Source: Heptranchias perlo
Lineage: Eukaryota
Reading direction: 5' to 3'
DNA: 64,000 nt
Assembly: GCF_035084215.1 (NCBI RefSeq)
Contig: NC_090346.1
Coordinates: 4,898,001 to 4,962,000 of the forward strand
The translations under genes and the position numbers were made by a program. Positions 49,661-60,935 of this stretch are shown piece by piece. The notes under the pieces were generated by a model. The model was not told the origin of the DNA, did not search any database, and saw only the letters and a program-made list of their open reading frames with translations. Positions within the stretch are counted from its first letter, which is position 1. Every line of letters begins with the position of its first letter.

Positions 49661-50826
49661 ATAATCATAGAAAGATTGCAGCACGGAAGGAGGCCATTCA
49701 GCCCATCGAGTCCGCGCAGGCTCTATGTAAGAGCAATCCAGCTAGTCCCACTCCCCCACCCTTTCCCGTAGCCCTGCAGATTTTTTCCTTTCAAGTACTT
49801 ATCCAGTTCCCTTTTGAAGGCCATGATTGAATCAGCCTCCACCACCCCCTCGGGCAGTGCTTTCCAGATCCTAACCACTCGCTGTGTAAATTTTTTTTCC
49901 TCACGTTAGCTTTGGTTCTTTTGCCAATCACCTTAAATCTAAGTCCTCTGGTTCTTGACCTTCTGCCAATGGGAACAATTTCTCTCTATCCTGTCTAGAC
50001 CTTTCATGATTTTAAATACCTCTATCAAACCTCCTCGCAACCGTCTCTGTTCCAAGGAGAACAACTCCAGCTTCTCCAGTCTATCCACGTAACTAAAGTC
50101 CCTCATCCCTGGAATCATTCTAGTAAATCTCTTCTGCACCCTCTCTAAGGCCTTCATATCTTTCCTAAAATGCGGTGCCCAGAACTGGACACAATACTCC
50201 AGTTGTGGCTGAACCAGTGTTTTATAAAGGTTCATCATGACTTCCATACTTTTGTACTCATGCCTCTATAAAGCCCAGGATCCCATGTGCATTTTTAACT
50301 GCTTTCTCAACTTGCCCTGCCACCATCAACGATTTGTGCACATATTCCCCGAGATCTCTCTGTTCCTGTACCCCTTTTAGAGTTGTGCCTCTAGTTTATA
50401 TTGCCTCTCCTTGTTCTTCCGACCGAAATGTATCACTTCGCGTTTTTCTGTGTTAAATTTCATCTGCCATGTGTCCGCCCATGCCACCAGCCTGTCTATA
50501 TCCTCTTGAAGTCTATCACTATCCTCACTGTTTACTACCCTTCCGAGTTTTGTGTCATACGCAAGTTTTGAAATTGTGCCTTGTACACCCAAGTCCATGT
50601 CATTAATATATATCAAGAAAAGAAGTGATCCCAGCACTGACCACTGGGGAACACCACTGTACACCTCCCTCCAGTCTGAAAAACAACCTTTTACCACGAC
50701 TCTCTGTTTCCTGTCCCTTAGCCAATTCTGTTTGCATGTTGCTACTGACCCTTTTATTCCATGGACCGCAATTTTGATGATAAGCCTACCGTGCGGCACT
50801 TTATCAAACGCCTTTTGAAAGTCCAT
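49661..50826 (-). mobile_element. CR1 LINE 3' portion (RT and tail), frameshifted
   Basis: ORFs with MDFQKAFDKVPH, SGVPQWSVLG, QLEYCVQFWAP and RRLRGGLIEVFKI. Ends in a tctatgatt tail. Confidence 0.95.
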
Positions 50827-51029
50827 TTAAAAATATCTTTAAAAATTATTAGGCTAGATTTTTTGATGCCAGTAATAACCCATCTAGGCTGCTGCGTTTT
50901 AAAATGCAGGATCTCAAGACCAAAACAAATTATGAAATTATTCTGGGAACACAAATTATTCCATCTCCCTCTGCAATATATTAAAAATCTTACGTCTGCA
51001 TGCACTTTCTGCCAGCTTTTTCAGTTATA

Positions 51030-51200
51030 AATTCCTCTGTTTATATTTATAATGGAAACTGCCTACATGAACTTACCACATTGTATTTATACCCTAACCC
51101 CCAGTGGCGATGCTGCAGTGCCCCCATTGGTTAGGGGGTATAGTTACAGTGTGACACGTTTATACAGGCAGTTTCCATTATAAGTGTGGACATAGGAATT
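51030..51200. repeat. Fold-back element, copy 2
   Basis: Arms aattcctctgtttatatttataatggaaactgcct / aggcagtttccattataagtgtggacataggaatt. Confidence 0.7.
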
Positions 51201-51367
51201 TATGATGGAAAAATATAAAAGTAAAGGCAGAATATTGAGATTTTAAAATGGAGACAATTAGATTTGCATGCCCTGGTCCAATTATCCTCTGGCCTCCAGA
51301 GACCCCACTTCACCTGAAGACTACACTTGGTGTTGACACCCTGTGTGGAATGCCATGGGAGATTAAC

Positions 51368-51615
51368 TAGAATCATACAGCACAGAGGGAGGCCATTCGG
51401 CCCACTGTGTCTGTGCTGGCAGTTTGAATGAGCTTTCCATTTAGTCCCACTCCCTTGCTCTTTCCCCATAGCCCTGCAATTTTTTCCTTTTCAAGTATAT
51501 ATCCAATTCCCTTTTGAAAGTTACTATTGTATCCGCTTCCACCACCCTTTCAGGCAATGCATTCCAGATCATAACAAGTCTGTGTAATATAATTTCTCCT
51601 CATCTCCCCCCTGGC
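51368..51615 (-). mobile_element. CR1 3' tail fragment
   Basis: tagaatcatacagcacagagggaggccattcggccc... resembles 49665-49880. Confidence 0.8.
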
Positions 51616-52807
51616 TTTTTTTTTGCTAATTATCAAAGTATCAAAAATAAACTTTTTTGCTTAGACACAGCTCTGCCTTATGAGCACAGCTGCATATGTG
51701 TTAACTGGCCAGTGACAGCTTCTAATAAGTGAACTGGCCAGTGAAATAAATGTTGGTTCAAGTGTTAAAACTACTGTTTCATTTGAAGACATGTTGATTT
51801 TTTTTTTCCTTTTCCCAAAGTGTTGTCAAAGTTGTGAATTCTGATACATGTTTGTTAATAATCTCAAGGCCATAAGTAATTAGAACATTTGTGATGCCTG
51901 TTTAAGTTAGTACATGCTGCTTTTACAAAAATATAATTCCTGAGCACTTTGAAAAAACAGGTTTCAGTAACTGCCCATTGTTTATGTAGATTATTTGTGT
52001 AATTTTGAAAAAAACGATACATGCTGTATTGCCAACATAATCTCTTTTTTGGAGGGGACCAAAACTATTTAAAAAAAACAAGAAGGCTGCATTAGTTCTA
52101 TTTTTTGTAAATAATCCATAGGTTTATATTTCCTTGCACTCTTTGTTACTGTGGTGGGTATTCTTCCCAATATTCAGTTCCTAGTTTAAAGTTAGAAAAA
52201 TTGGTGTCTTTCACACCATTTCAATTTCCTAAGTCAATTTCACTTTATGACATTAGTTACAAATGTTTGTTATACAGAACTACTTTAAAGCCTTTAGCAG
52301 TGAAGGTTTTTTTTAAGTGCTGCCCTGTTTACTTTCTGTCCAAGAAGTGTGTAAATTTTAGCTGAAATAAAATTCTAAAATGCCAATCTGGCCATACTTT
52401 TCATTTACAACAACTAATTTGGTAATACTATTGATTGATGTGAAATCAATCAATTCCACATGGCCAATACGGTCATAGTGCACTGAGAAACTAGATAATA
52501 CTGTGTTCCGTGCGATACTGACCAAGTGGTTCACAGTATATCTGAGTTGTAAATCAAATGAGTGTGTGGTTACTCTTGCAGATATTTCAATTCTGGTGCC
52601 CATGGGATGACAAAACCGATCTGGTTAACCAAATTCTCTTGGGTGTCAGAGCAATATGTCCAGAGTACGTAATCAATTCCCAGCATTAGTCAATTGATAG
52701 AAGATGAGAGTAATGATGCATTATTGCCAGTTCAAACGGAGTAGGGCCTGATGACATTGCATATCAAAGGCTGATGCTTACTGTAGTCGGACCCTAACCA
52801 GAGTCAG

Positions 52808-53345
52808 TAGGGTCGATTTTAATATCCCCGCGTCTGGCAGAAACCAGGTGGGGGGCAGCTAAAATGGAACGGGGAACTTCTTTCCCATACCAATCTGGCC
52901 TACTGCAATTTCAATTTACAGGTGGCAAGGACACCCGGCCCAAGCCGGTGGGGTCCTCTTTAAATATGCAAATTAGGCTCTGATGACATCATTGGGGCCA
53001 GATCTGCTATTGTAACCTGAGGCCTGAGTGGGGGAGCAATGGTGGTTTCCTCGCCAGGCAAAACCTGCCAGGAACAGCACCAGGACCAGAACACAAGTTC
53101 TAAAAAAAAAATTCTAGTTTCCTCCAGGCCCCACAAGGAAACCGTGGGCCTCCCCTGCCCTGGGATTCCCACCCCCTCCCCCAAGCAGGATTCACCTCCC
53201 TGAGCATTTACCTTGTATCCCTAGGTCCCTAGCAGCGGCCTCCTGATGCCCGATTTCAATGGCCAGGCAGCAGCATCCCGCTGGCATCCTGGCCATTTTG
53301 GTTGGCAAGCTGCATGTTAATGAGTCCCAGCCGTTCACAAAAATA
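52808..53345. mobile_element. Degraded Harbinger-type MITE
   Basis: Left end gggtcgattttaa. Internal tttaaatatgca and cctccaggccccacaag core. The right end is degenerate. Confidence 0.45.
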
Positions 53346-53545
53346 TTTTTTGTTTCGTCTCCTGTGGTGGGATTGCAGTATTTGCTTAAGTTGCAAGTAT
53401 TTTACTTGTTTATTCTTCCCTTCCTACTCTCCTGAACCTTCTGCCTTTTTCTGTCATCTGCATCATAGTAGATTTTTGTTTCTTTGCTTTCCTTTCCAGT
53501 TTTCAACAATTCACTTCTTGCTCAATCTGTTAGCATAGTGCTGCA

Positions 53546-54311
53546 CTAGACAGGCAAAGGAATACACAATAAATGGGAGGATACTGAGAGGTGTAGAGGA
53601 ACAGAGAGACCTTGGAGTGCATGTCCACAGATCCCTGAAGGTAGCAGGACAGGTGGATAGGGTGTTTAAAAAGCCATATGGGATACTTTCCTTTATTAGC
53701 TGAGGCATAGATTATAAGAGCAGGGGGGTTATGCTAGAACTGTATAAAACACTAGTTAGGCCGCAGCTTGAGGACTGCGTACAGTTCTGGTCACCACATT
53801 ACAGGAAAGATGTGATTGCGAGAGAGGGTACAGAGGAGATTTACGAGGATGTTGCCAGGACTGGAGAATTTTAGCTATGATGAAAGATTGGATAGGCTGC
53901 TGTTGTTTTCATTGGAACAGAGGAGGCTGAGGGGTGATTTAAATGAGGTGTATAAAATTATGAGGGGCCTAGATAGAATGGATAGGAAGGACCTATTTCC
54001 CTTAGCAGAAGGGTCAGTGACCAGGGGGCAGAGATTTAAAGTAATTGGTAGCAGGATTAGAGGGAAGCTGAGGAGAAATATTTTCACCCAAGGGATGGTG
54101 GGGGTCTGGAATTCACTGCCTGAAAGGGTGATAAAGGCAGAAACCCTCAATTCATTTAAAGAGTACTTGGATGCGTACTTGAAGTGCCGTAATCTACAGG
54201 GCTACGGACCAAGTGCTGGAAGGTGGGATTAAGGTGGATAGCTCTTTTTCGGCCGGCACGGACACAATGAGCCGAATGGCCTCCTTCTGTGCCATAACTT
54301 TTTATGATTTC
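53546..54311 (+). mobile_element. CR1 LINE 3' fragment
   Basis: ORF 53816..54232 (ERVQRRFTRMLPGL, RRLRGDL, WNSLP, GYGPSAGRWD) and tail. Confidence 0.95.
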
Positions 54312-54837
54312 CACTAGCACATCTCCAGTGACTACCATGCCCTGGGCCTAACTGACTAGCTGAGGTGCCAGTGCTCAGCATCATAGTGCCTCATAAATAA
54401 ACAGCCCCGCTGTTGGTGGACTGGTGCAGACATCAGTCCTCCTCAGTGATACAAAAAAATAAATTTATATATGAGAGGAATATACTGTTCCACAGATAAT
54501 TTACCAGTTAATTCATCTTTTGTTGTATGTAATCGATATAAATTAGGCCACAGGGTATCCAAATAATCTGTTGTAAATGAGGTCTTATTGCCTATAATTA
54601 CAGATGCATACCAGGTCTGAAGATGAAGTCTTTTTGTAGTTTGACATTATCTCAACTCCCTGATTAGGCCGTATTGCTCATTCCCAACTGTTTAGGCTCT
54701 GCCTCAGTTATCCTGGTGCTGGTCATTCCCATAAGTGGTCTGAGTGTTATATTTAAGGATATGCCCATAGTGCCCAATATCTAACTATTCAGTAGTATAA
54801 TTGGGGTGTAACCCTCATGATCTAAACTGGATATCAT

Positions 54838-55713
54838 GGGGGTAATTTTAACCCCTAAGAATGAGTGGGTGGGAGGTTAAAATAACAGCTTTTTGGAGTG
54901 GGACTGCATCTGGGTCCAACTCGCCCACTTCCGGGTTTGACCCAGGCACTGCACTGCACTGCATGTGCACAACAAACACCAGGCAGTCCCGCCTCCACTT
55001 AAAGCCGGTGGGCCAATACTTAAAGGGACAGCGTACCTCTTTGAAATACTTGAGGTACTTAATTCTTTGTGTATTGGAAAACTTAAATGAATTTAACCTT
55101 ACCTGTTCAGGTTTCTCATTGCTCTGAATCACGTCAGGTGAAAGCAGGTGGGAAGGGCCGGATCCATGAGGTGAGGGCCTTTATTGCACTGCTTGTGGGC
55201 CCGGAGGAGCAGGAGTGCTTCATCCTGGCCCAACAAGCTCACATGGTGCGATCGGACCCCTATGATTGGCCTGGCCGACCCCCCCCCCCCCCCGCTTGAT
55301 GGTGGACTCCCCCCGCTGAGATGGAGGCCGCCCACCTACCTCCGACTCTTCACCCGACCTCCAGTGACCTCCGATCTCCAAGTCCCGGCATCAAACCCCC
55401 CCCCCCCGATCTCCCTGCTCCCTTCTCCCCTCCCAGTGTTCTTCTCCCCGGCTCTCCGTGCCCTCCTCGGCCCATCCACTGTCCTTCCCCGCCCTCCCAT
55501 CTCCTCCCCAGTCCATGATCCCTCCCTCCGATCTCCAGCTGTGGCCTGCTACCACAGATCTTCCTGCCTGACAGCCTGGCTGCTGGGCACGAAACCCGAA
55601 GTAAAATTTGTTGACCGCATCCCACCAACTTACCTTCCAGGCTTCGCACCCAACAGCCTCCTACCCCCTGCCCCCCCCAACTCCCTTCCCGGCTCGAGGT
55701 CAAAATTCTGCCC
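54838..55713. mobile_element. Harbinger-type MITE, family A copy 2
   Basis: Terminal inverted repeats gggggtaatttt / aaaattctgccc, flanked by CAT and CGT. Colinear with 41661-42456. Confidence 0.82.
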
Positions 55714-56475
55714 CGTGTCTTTCACAAGTGTTCTCACATGCGCTTCTCCAATCCTTTCAAATCCAGACAGAAACACTTGATAGGATTATGGCCAGGTATG
55801 AATTGTAAAACTGCTTTCTTTTGTAGATAGCAAATGATCAGTCAAAGCAAATTCCACTCACTTAGATCAATTTCACTTCTTTCTTCGAAAACTTGAAAAA
55901 AATAAATCACATGCCCTGTCCTTTTTGTGGGCTGACTGACTTGTTTTTGGCATTGCCTTTCTTTCAGACTATTTCTAACTTCAAAGATTGACCTCCTGAG
56001 CTTACCTAGAATATCTAACCTCTGTTCTGAAGATGCATGGGGGCTATCCTGGCTAATGGGCCCAGGATGAAATAATTGTCTCTCGTTATATCAGTTATGA
56101 ATTCCACAAATTGGCCTGTCTGGCTTCAATACGCATTTTCAATGCCTGCAGCCTTTCTATTTAAACCTGTGCAAAGTCATTTTTGGTTTAAAACACAGCC
56201 CCTAAAACATAGCCCCTAACTCAACCCTAAAATCCTTTCTGCGAAGAAAAAAAATGATGAAAAATCCCAAAACATGACACCAAATATTCAAACCATTTGA
56301 TGGACACCAACAATATCAAATTTATGAGTTGCCTCACGGACATTTCTCTAAGATAGTGTCACTAGAATTTTAATAAAGTATAGTGTGTGGATGTGAAATT
56401 TTCGCACTACATATGTCCACTTGAACTGTTAAAAACACCTAGCTCTACAATTATAGATTTTTGTCTTTTCAAATG

Positions 56476-57010
56476 TGACATACTTGCTCTCGAGGCAGTA
56501 CAAAGAAGGTTCACTCGGTTAATCCCGGGGATGAGGGGGTGGACATATGAGGAGAGGTTGAGTAGATTGGGACTCTACTCATTGGAGTTCAGAAGAATGA
56601 GAGGCGATCTTATTGAAACATATAAGATTGTAAAGGGGCTTGATCGGGTGGATGCGGTAAGGATGTTCCCAAGGATGGGTGAAACTAGAACTAGGGGGCA
56701 TAATCTTAGAATAAGGGGCTGCTCTTTCAAAACTGAGATGAGGAGAAACTTCTTCACTCAGAGGGTAGTAGGTCTGTGGAATTTGCTGCCCCAGGAAGCT
56801 GTGGAAGCTACATCATTAAATAAATTTAAAACAGAAATAGACAGTTTCCTAGAAGTAAAGGGAATTAGGGGTTACAGGGAGCGGGCAGGAAATTGGACAT
56901 GAATTTAGATTTGAGGTTAGGATCAGATCAGCCATGATCTTATTGAATGGTGGAGCAGGCTCGAGGGGCCGATTGGCCTACTCCTGCTCCTATTTCTTAT
57001 GTTCTTATGT
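56476..57010 (+). mobile_element. CR1 LINE 3' fragment
   Basis: DILALEAVQRRFTRLIPG...RRMRGDLIETYKI...FFTQRVVGLWN and a repeated ttcttatg tail. Confidence 0.95.
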
Positions 57011-57109
57011 GTCTAGAAAGATCATTTTGAGCCATATAACATTGGAATGAAGTCCTGGTGTTTACAGGTTTGTTGCAAGTGATGGCAATATTGGGACCAA
57101 TTTGAGATG

Positions 57110-57675
57110 AAGGAACTTGCATTTAAATTGTAGATAATAATCTTAGGACATGTACGCTGAATTGTTTTGAAGTGCTGTTACTATGCAGGTGAATGCAGCA
57201 GCCATTTTGCACACTACAATCAGTAATAAGAATACCAGTTAAGTCTATTTTTGGTGGCATTGGCTGAAGGAAGAATATTGGCCTGGACACCAGGCTCCTC
57301 TCTGTGTGGTACTATGACCTGAACAGGCAGGTAATGACATTAGCTACTAATACCCAAATATTCTCCAAGAAGAGCACTTGACCTTATCTGCATGAAACAC
57401 AAGCTCGTTCAGAAATAATGGTACTTGATTTACTTCTCTCTCAAATTTCCCCCCATACCAGAATGTGAATCAGTTACATAAAGTTGGCATAGCAATATGT
57501 GGGATATGGAAACAAATCGAGGAGTAACTTTGCATTTTTGACCATTAGAAAGAAATTAGAAAGACTTCCATTTATATAGCCCCTTTCATGACCTCAGGAT
57601 GTCCCAAAGCGCTTTATAGTCAATGTAGTATTTTAGAAGTGCAGTCACTGTAGGAATGTAGGGAATGTGATGTAG
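57110..57675 (-). mobile_element. Two SINE 3' fragments (about 57110-57330 and 57500-57675), same family as 413-860
   Basis: catttatatagcccctttcatgacctcaggatgtcccaaagc at about 57509-57610 is nearly identical to 421-462. gcagccattttgcac and ttggcctggacacc occur in the first piece. Confidence 0.7.
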
Positions 57676-57783
57676 GAAATAATTAATCAGTACCAGGTCA
57701 CTATTAGAATTGTTTGTGTTACACCAAGTAGAAATGTACTTGTGCCAGGAGAGTTTTAAAAAGAAATTACTAACACCAGGCCA

Positions 57784-57818
57784 TTTATTTCAATTTTGAA
57801 AATCTCAAATACTTTATT
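57784..57818 (-). terminator. Candidate FAHD1 polyadenylation signals (two AATAAA on the - strand)
   Basis: TTTATT at 57813-57818 and 57784-57789, about 275-305 nt past the FAHD1 stop. Confidence 0.55.
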
Positions 57819-58091
57819 TCAGTGATAAAAACTGAATGATTGCTTGGTTCTGTTGAATATTGTTCTTTACTGCCAGTCTGATGCAGTTGCTCAAGGGACA
57901 CCATTAGAACTCAGACAGGTTGGGGGTGGTGGTCAGACAGCTGTCATTACGAGGGCATTAGTAGCTCTCTCCCGATTCAAAGTACATTGTTGAGCGATTG
58001 GCAGATACTCTTTCATCCTGCTATACTTGAACAGAAAAAATACGATGGAACAAAATACCAAGATGTGCGAATAATGACATTTTAATTAAAA

Positions 58092-58751
58092 TTAATGCCT
58101 TTCCACTTTGAACTCCATGGTGACAAGGTCGTCAATCCCAGCTTGCAGCTCATCGTGTTCCTGCACGGCAGACACTCCTGCGGGGGTCCCGGTGAGAATC
58201 AGATCCCCCGCTTCCAGCCTGATAATCTCACTGATGTAGTTAATGAGATAGGGGATGGGGAATATCATCTGGGACGTGTGGCCTTCCTGCTTCATCTGGT
58301 CATTGACCTTGAGCCATATGGTCAGGCGGTGCGGGTCGGGGATCCTGTCCTTGGGGATGAATTCGCTGACGGGGCAGGAGCAGTCGAAGGCTTTGGCCAA
58401 AGTCCACGGGTGCCCCTTCTCCTTGCACCTCTGCTGGACGTCCCGGGCGGTCATGTCCAGGCACAGCGCGTAGCCCCCCACGTACCCCATGGCGCCCGCC
58501 TGCGGGATGGCGCTGCCCCCTCTGCCCATCACCACCCCCAGCTCCACCTCGTGGTGCAGGCTGCGGCAGTAGTAGGGCAGGCGGATGGGCGAGCCCTGCC
58601 TCAGGTAGGCGCTGGGCGGCTTGAGGAAGAGGAGCGGCTCGGCCACGGGCACGGGGTTCTGCAGCTCCCGGGCATGATCGGCGTAATTCCTCCCCACGCA
58701 GATGATCTTCCTCCCCCACTCCGAGAAACGGCTCAGGTTCGTGGAAGCCAT
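58092..58751 (-). CDS. FAHD1: Fumarylacetoacetate hydrolase domain-containing protein 1 (acylpyruvase / oxaloacetate decarboxylase), single coding exon, 219 aa
   Basis: Intact ORF with CVGRNYADH, FLKP, HHEVELGVV, LCLDMTARD, PWTLAK and GDLILTGTP motifs. Position between MEIOB and HAGH matches the known synteny. Confidence 0.98.
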   Translation of the reverse strand: MASTNLSRFSEWGRKIICVGRNYADHARELQNPVPVAEPLLFLKPPSAYLRQGSPIRLPYYCRSLHHEVELGVVMGRGGSAIPQAGAMGYVGGYALCLDMTARDVQQRCKEKGHPWTLAKAFDCSCPVSEFIPKDRIPDPHRLTIWLKVNDQMKQEGHTSQMIFPIPYLINYISEIIRLEAGDLILTGTPAGVSAVQEHDELQAGIDDLVTMEFKVERH

Positions 58752-59102
58752 CCCGCTTCCCCCCGCTTCCCCCCCCCCCGCTCCGGACCGCCCCAGCGCC
58801 GGGTGCAGCCTGGGCTCCAGATTAAGGGCGTTAAATCTTTACAATCACCATCAACTCCCTTTGCATCCTTGTGCATTTTTTTAAAAAAAACTCCAGATGC
58901 GCCTCATTTATTTATGTGTTTGTTTTTTTTAAAAATTTATATTTTCATGTTAAACAATTTGCAACTTGTGCACCACCAAGGGTTAAGGGGAAAGGGTTGC
59001 AATTGGCTGCGATCGCCCAATGGAGGAGCGGTTCAGGGTTGGAGGTGAAAGGCTCCTGTGTTGACCGACCCTCCCTCTGTTTATGTATCGCAGCTTCAGA
59101 CT
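58752..59102. promoter_or_regulatory. FAHD1/HAGH bidirectional promoter within a CpG island
   Basis: 351 bp between divergent ATGs (58751 on -, 59103 on +). Opposite-orientation CCAAT boxes: ATTGG at 59002-59006 and CCAAT at 59017-59021. CpG-rich flanks. Confidence 0.8.
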
Positions 59103-59184
59103 ATGCTCGGTAAACTGCCCCGGATCCGGGCTGTGACCGTGACCGTGACCGTGCTGCCGGCCGCCGCCGCCGCCTGGAGACTCG
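59103..59184 (+). CDS. HAGH: HAGH coding exon 1, putative mitochondrial targeting peptide (MLGKLPRIRAVTVTVTVLPAAAAAWRL)
   Basis: ATG at 59103, 82 nt, phase-1 donor GTAGGG at 59185 that joins in frame to the next exon. The peptide is Arg/Ala/Leu-rich with no acidic residues. Confidence 0.75.
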
Positions 59185-60265
59185 GTAGGGCGCCTGGTCC
59201 ACGGTGTGACCGTGACACACCTCCCAGCTGATCCCACTTACATCTCACCATGTGTTGCCATGCCGGCCAGTGTCATTGAACTCTGCAACAACCGTGCTTT
59301 TTAAAAAATACCTTCAAAAACATTTTCACCATTAGAGGTCTTTGTAATATTTTGGTGAAGCTTTATCTTCTGTAACCAGAAAAAAGAAAATTGTAGTTCA
59401 TGTTTATATCAGTCGGGTTGTGTTTAACTCTTTATCGATATAATCCTGTGTTTTTTATATACTCTGCTAAATGTAGTTTTAAAATACTCTTCTAATCCCA
59501 ACGGAAGCCATTCTAGCAATTTGAATTAATTTGGTAAAATGCACACACGTATTTTGGTAGCTGCCTAATCCTCATTGGTATTTTATTTTGTCATGGATTT
59601 TGTGTGGGTCTGCCAGTTAACACAGAGTCTGAAGTCTGTATGAAGTCATTACCTGTAAGTGTTTGCAAATATTGACTGAAGATTGGTACGGTATTGCAGG
59701 CCCAGTTGAATTTCTAGCTTGCACTGGGTAGGTGTTCAAACGAGGTTATGAATTTTAAATATTTAGATCTGTGTTAGATTAAATTAAGAATTTCTGAAAT
59801 TATGTTTAAAATGGAAGCATTTGTTCTCAATTCAAATGCCCTCAGAGAAACAAGTGAATGTACGTTTTAAAAACCTCATTACCAGAACTCACTGGTCTGT
59901 CAGGAACAGGTGAAGACCAAAGGAATAGAAAACTGGGGGACTCAGCTTGGCTGCTCTTGTGAAATCCTAGTGGACAACGGTAGAGCAGCATTAATAGCGA
60001 TTTAGACAAAGAGGTTATTTATCTATTTGTTGTCCTGGTTGAGAAATAATAATGTGCAATGGAAGGAAGAGGAGGTGGGTTACAGAAGGGGAAAAAAAAG
60101 TTGATAAATTGTGGCATGATGAAAATCTGTTAACAAAATGACATTGCTTATTTAACCAAGCTTATGTAGGTAGAAAGGGCTAGGCCATTGTTCCGGTGAT
60201 TAACTGTGTGCAGTTTCTAGTTCTCCAGCATACAGGAGATCCTAGGCTTAAATCACAATCTCCTA

Positions 60266-60935
60266 TACATCAAGTTACATCGAGTCTACAGTATAGGAAC
60301 AGGCCATTCGGCCCAACTGGTCAATGCCAGCATTTATGCTCCACACGAGGCTCCTCGCAGCCCACTTCATCTAACCCTATCAGCATATCCTTCTGTTCCT
60401 TTCTCCCTCATGTGCTTATCTAGTTTCCCCTTAAATGCATCTATGCTATTTGCCTCAACTACTTGTGGTAGTGCATTCCACATTCTTACCATTCTTTGGG
60501 TAAAAAGTTTCTCCTGAATTCCCTATTGGATTTATTGGTGTCTATCTTATATTTTTGACCTCTAGTTTTGGACTCCCCCACAAGTAGAAACATTTTCTCT
60601 ATGTCTACCCTATCAAGCCCTTTCATTATCTTTAAAGACCTCTATCAGGTCACCCCTCAGCCTTCTCTTTTATAGAGAAAAGACCCCCAGCCTGTTCAGC
60701 CTTTCCTGATAAGTACATCCTCTCTGTTCTGATATCATCCTTGTGAATCTTTTTTGCACCTTCTCCAATGCCTCTATATCCTTTTTATAAAATGGAGACC
60801 AGAACTGTTCACAGTACCCCAAGTGTGGTCTTACCAAGGTTCTATACAAGTTTAACATAACTTCTCTGCTTTTCAATTCTATCCCTCCAGAAATGAGCCT
60901 CTGTGCTTGGTTTGCCTTTTTTATGGCCTTATTAA
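60266..60935 (-). mobile_element. CR1 LINE 3' fragment in HAGH intron 1
   Basis: ORF 60670..60981 with LYRTLVRPHLGYCEQFWSP and ALEKVQKRFTRMI. Confidence 0.93.

Noticed and set aside
55184-55780. 198-aa proline-rich ORF and similar ORFs at 18267-18641 and 42008-42540
   Set aside because: Produced by the C-rich interiors of MITEs. The frames are not preserved between the two family A copies.
58095-59048. 317-aa ORF antisense to FAHD1, plus the 139-aa alternate-frame ORF 58300..58719
   Set aside because: Shadow ORFs expected opposite or within a GC-rich coding sequence. No recognisable domain, and the tail runs into low-complexity promoter sequence.
59132-59174. (GTGACC)n and (GCC)n repeats
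   Set aside because: Short coding microsatellites within the HAGH targeting peptide (VTVTVT, AAAAA), not a separate feature.
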